Shown in pieces: positions 61,870 to 64,000 of a stretch of DNA of 64,000 bases; position 1 is the first letter of the stretch; every line of letters begins with the position of its first letter. A program made the position numbers and the translations under genes. The stretch comes from Guillardia theta CCMP2712 (taxonomy: Eukaryota; Protista; Cryptophyta), in NCBI RefSeq assembly GCF_000315625.1, contig NW_005434546.1:103981-167980 (forward strand), in the 5' to 3' direction. The notes beneath the pieces are model-generated. The model was given only the letters and a program-made list of their open reading frames with translations, ran no database searches and was not told the DNA's origin.

Positions 61870-63672
61870 GCAGGGAGGCATGGGCAGGCCCCACACGGAG
61901 GCAGCCAGGGAGGAGGTGTAGCTTTGCTTGAGCAGGTGCCTCTCTTCTGATCGAGTCTGGCAGGTCATGCGCTCGTTTGTTAGCGCCACCAAGCTGCCCT
62001 ACGGCAGCAAACAAGTCAGAGAGATGTTCCTGTCGCTTATCGCACTGTCCAAACGAGGGAAAGCTCGGATGACAGTCGATGACTTCCGAAGCTTCTTCAA
62101 AAAATATGTAGACAAGAACGATGCTCTGCTGGTATGCCATGTGATGCCTACACGTCTTGTCTCACTCGAGTCTGAACCTCTACGAACCTTACTTGTACGC
62201 CTCTCACTGATTGACAGGACTTGGTATGGATGCAACTGCTTGCTGATCAACCAGGTCAAGAAACGATTAGCACTGTACGGCTTGCTCACGAGATTCAAAA
62301 CGTTTGCGACCTCCTTCTTAGTGGCAGAGTCAGCTGATATAGTGGTGGACCAGATGTTTCTCTTCCGCGTTGAGCATGTCGGCAGTGGTGCGGGTGGCTA
62401 CGAACCCAAGAGGGTGATGAAGGAGTACTCGAGCAACAGGTCTCGACGTCAACTCAAAGACGCGTGGCTACACGTCAGAGGAGGGAGGGTTGATATATTA
62501 CCTCCAGGTCACTCTTACAACTTCGCTTCCTTGTTCTCTTTTGATTTTTCGAGCAGAGTTTGCCAAAACAGAAACTGATCGCCAGGATGAAACGCAAAAC
62601 GAAGAGAAGGAGATCCAAAACGAGGCAGATGAAAGAGAGGTAGCCGGGGAAGGGGATGAGAATATCACCCGGACAGCCGAGGGCTCTCAAAACCTTCAAG
62701 ATGAAGAAATGGAAGGAGACAGGAGCAGGACAAATCTGGCAACGCATTCCCTCTCCAGCAGAATCCTGAAGATGTCTGCGCTGGAAGAGCAGATGTCGCA
62801 GCTTGAGCTACAGGTTTGCATCAGATCTATGCATGTTAATCGACTGAAATACGTGCTTATCCTCATCTCATTCAATGCTCTATCTACTTGTTTCTCTTTT
62901 CGCCCTTCGCTCTTGCATTTCAGATTGCTGAGGCAGCCAACTCAATCAAACCAGGGAGGTTTGCCGACATCGGGCTGACGGTGGATACCATCATAGACGG
63001 GGCAGTCGATGTAGAACAAGTCTGGACAGCAAGCAGACTCTCTCTCTCGCACGCACACCCACCAGCCATGAGGAAAACCAAGACGCCAGAGCCGCGGGTG
63101 CAAGAGGAGGTGAGCGGGTCATTTGCACGAACCTCGAGCCTCCGCAGAAGCAACAATGAGAGTAGAACGCTGGAGCTCATTGAGGAACAATCTGAGGTCT
63201 ACGAGCATGACTCCTTCAGAAGGTGCTCCGGCCACCTTCGTGCTGATGGGTGACCACAGTTTGCAGGAAGAGTCGCTTTCTTGGCGATGGCGAACATGAG
63301 TTCGATGATGCGGCATTGTCTCCGAAGCAAGACATGACTGCTGAGATCTTGGAAACCTTGAAGATGTCGAACGAAATGTGCGAAAGAACAATTCATGACA
63401 TCTGTGAGTTCTCACTTCACCCAACGGTCACTGACAGATCGAGTGTCAGGTACGTGGAGCAAAGAGTGGCTGGAAGAAATGTTAGAGACATTTCGGAGCT
63501 GTGTAGACGAAGATGGTGACCTTTCAGGTGCAGTCGAAGCTGGTAAAAGACGTTGCAAACGGTTTCCTTTTGTTTTGACAATCAGGACTAGCACTCAAGG
63601 ACGTCGAAAGCTGGACAGAACAAGTCGTCAACGACGAGATGACAATAGTGCAAACTCTCTTTCCCAACCTTG
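61870..63672 (+). CDS. Hypothetical multi-exon protein, possible degenerate EF-hand region
   Basis: Coding-like exons, e.g. MTVDDFRSFFKKYVDK, and an acidic/coiled-coil middle, separated by short introns. Confidence 0.4.
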
Positions 63673-64000
63673 AAGTTCGCTTTCAGCACATCTTTCTCTT
63701 GTTGAGCACATTGATTTTTGATTGCTGAATGACCAGTCAACAGATATCGCAATGTGTTATTGACACGGACAAATGCTATGGCGTTGGACATGTCCAAGAA
63801 CATTGATGCGCCAGCTCTGTCGTCCTTCCTGCAGGTCCCATTCCATCACTGAACACACGAGCGATTACTGACTTGATCGCGATCACATTCAACTGATTGG
63901 TTGGTTTTTACTTCAACTTTCTACTCTTGGTCTCTGTCTGTAAACTACTTTCTACTTTTCACGAATCAGTCAATGCTGATATATATCCTTCGAAGTCCTA

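Noticed and set aside
63600-64000. Possible 3' end of a minus-strand gene running off the window
   Set aside because: There is too little sequence and no recognisable motif.
1-64000. tRNA, rRNA or other structured RNA genes
   Set aside because: None was recognised by eye; tRNAscan-SE or Infernal would be needed to exclude them.

Overview
This is gene-dense eukaryotic nuclear DNA with many short (~45-70 bp) introns, longer GA/CT-rich low-complexity introns, three assembly gaps and CCGG/GGCC-rich islands in promoter-side intergenic regions. Intron style, RWP-RK plus Zn2Cys6 transcription factors and TTTAGGG-like repeats fit a cryptophyte alga such as Guillardia theta (inference). Most six-frame ORFs are artefacts of microsatellite introns. 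Recognisable genes: PTEN-like phosphatase, four-domain NALCN/Cav/Nav-type channel, Ser/Thr kinase with coiled coil and PDZ-like end, EFG1, ankyrin protein, PQQ/BamB-like beta-propeller, PDZ protein, HA+SAM protein, RWP-RK factor, Crypton-type tyrosine-recombinase-derived protein, gelsolin/severin, WW+SAC3/GANP (THP3/LENG8-like) protein, Zn2Cys6 factor and several hypothetical proteins. Main highlights: (1) an intact ~838-aa Crypton-like tyrosine recombinase gene in which five of six catalytic residues appear replaced, suggesting domestication, with a lox-like inverted repeat 50 bp upstream; (2) a four-domain channel with a D-D-K-D selectivity filter; (3) a mosaic of decayed caspase-like and fimbrin gene fragments at 50-56 kb; (4) a recurring GC-island element with a shared TTTTTAACTTAACT motif; (5) repeated ubiquitin-like LRxRGG motifs in one protein. 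Exon boundaries and family assignments were made by eye from remembered consensus sequences. No database searches were run.
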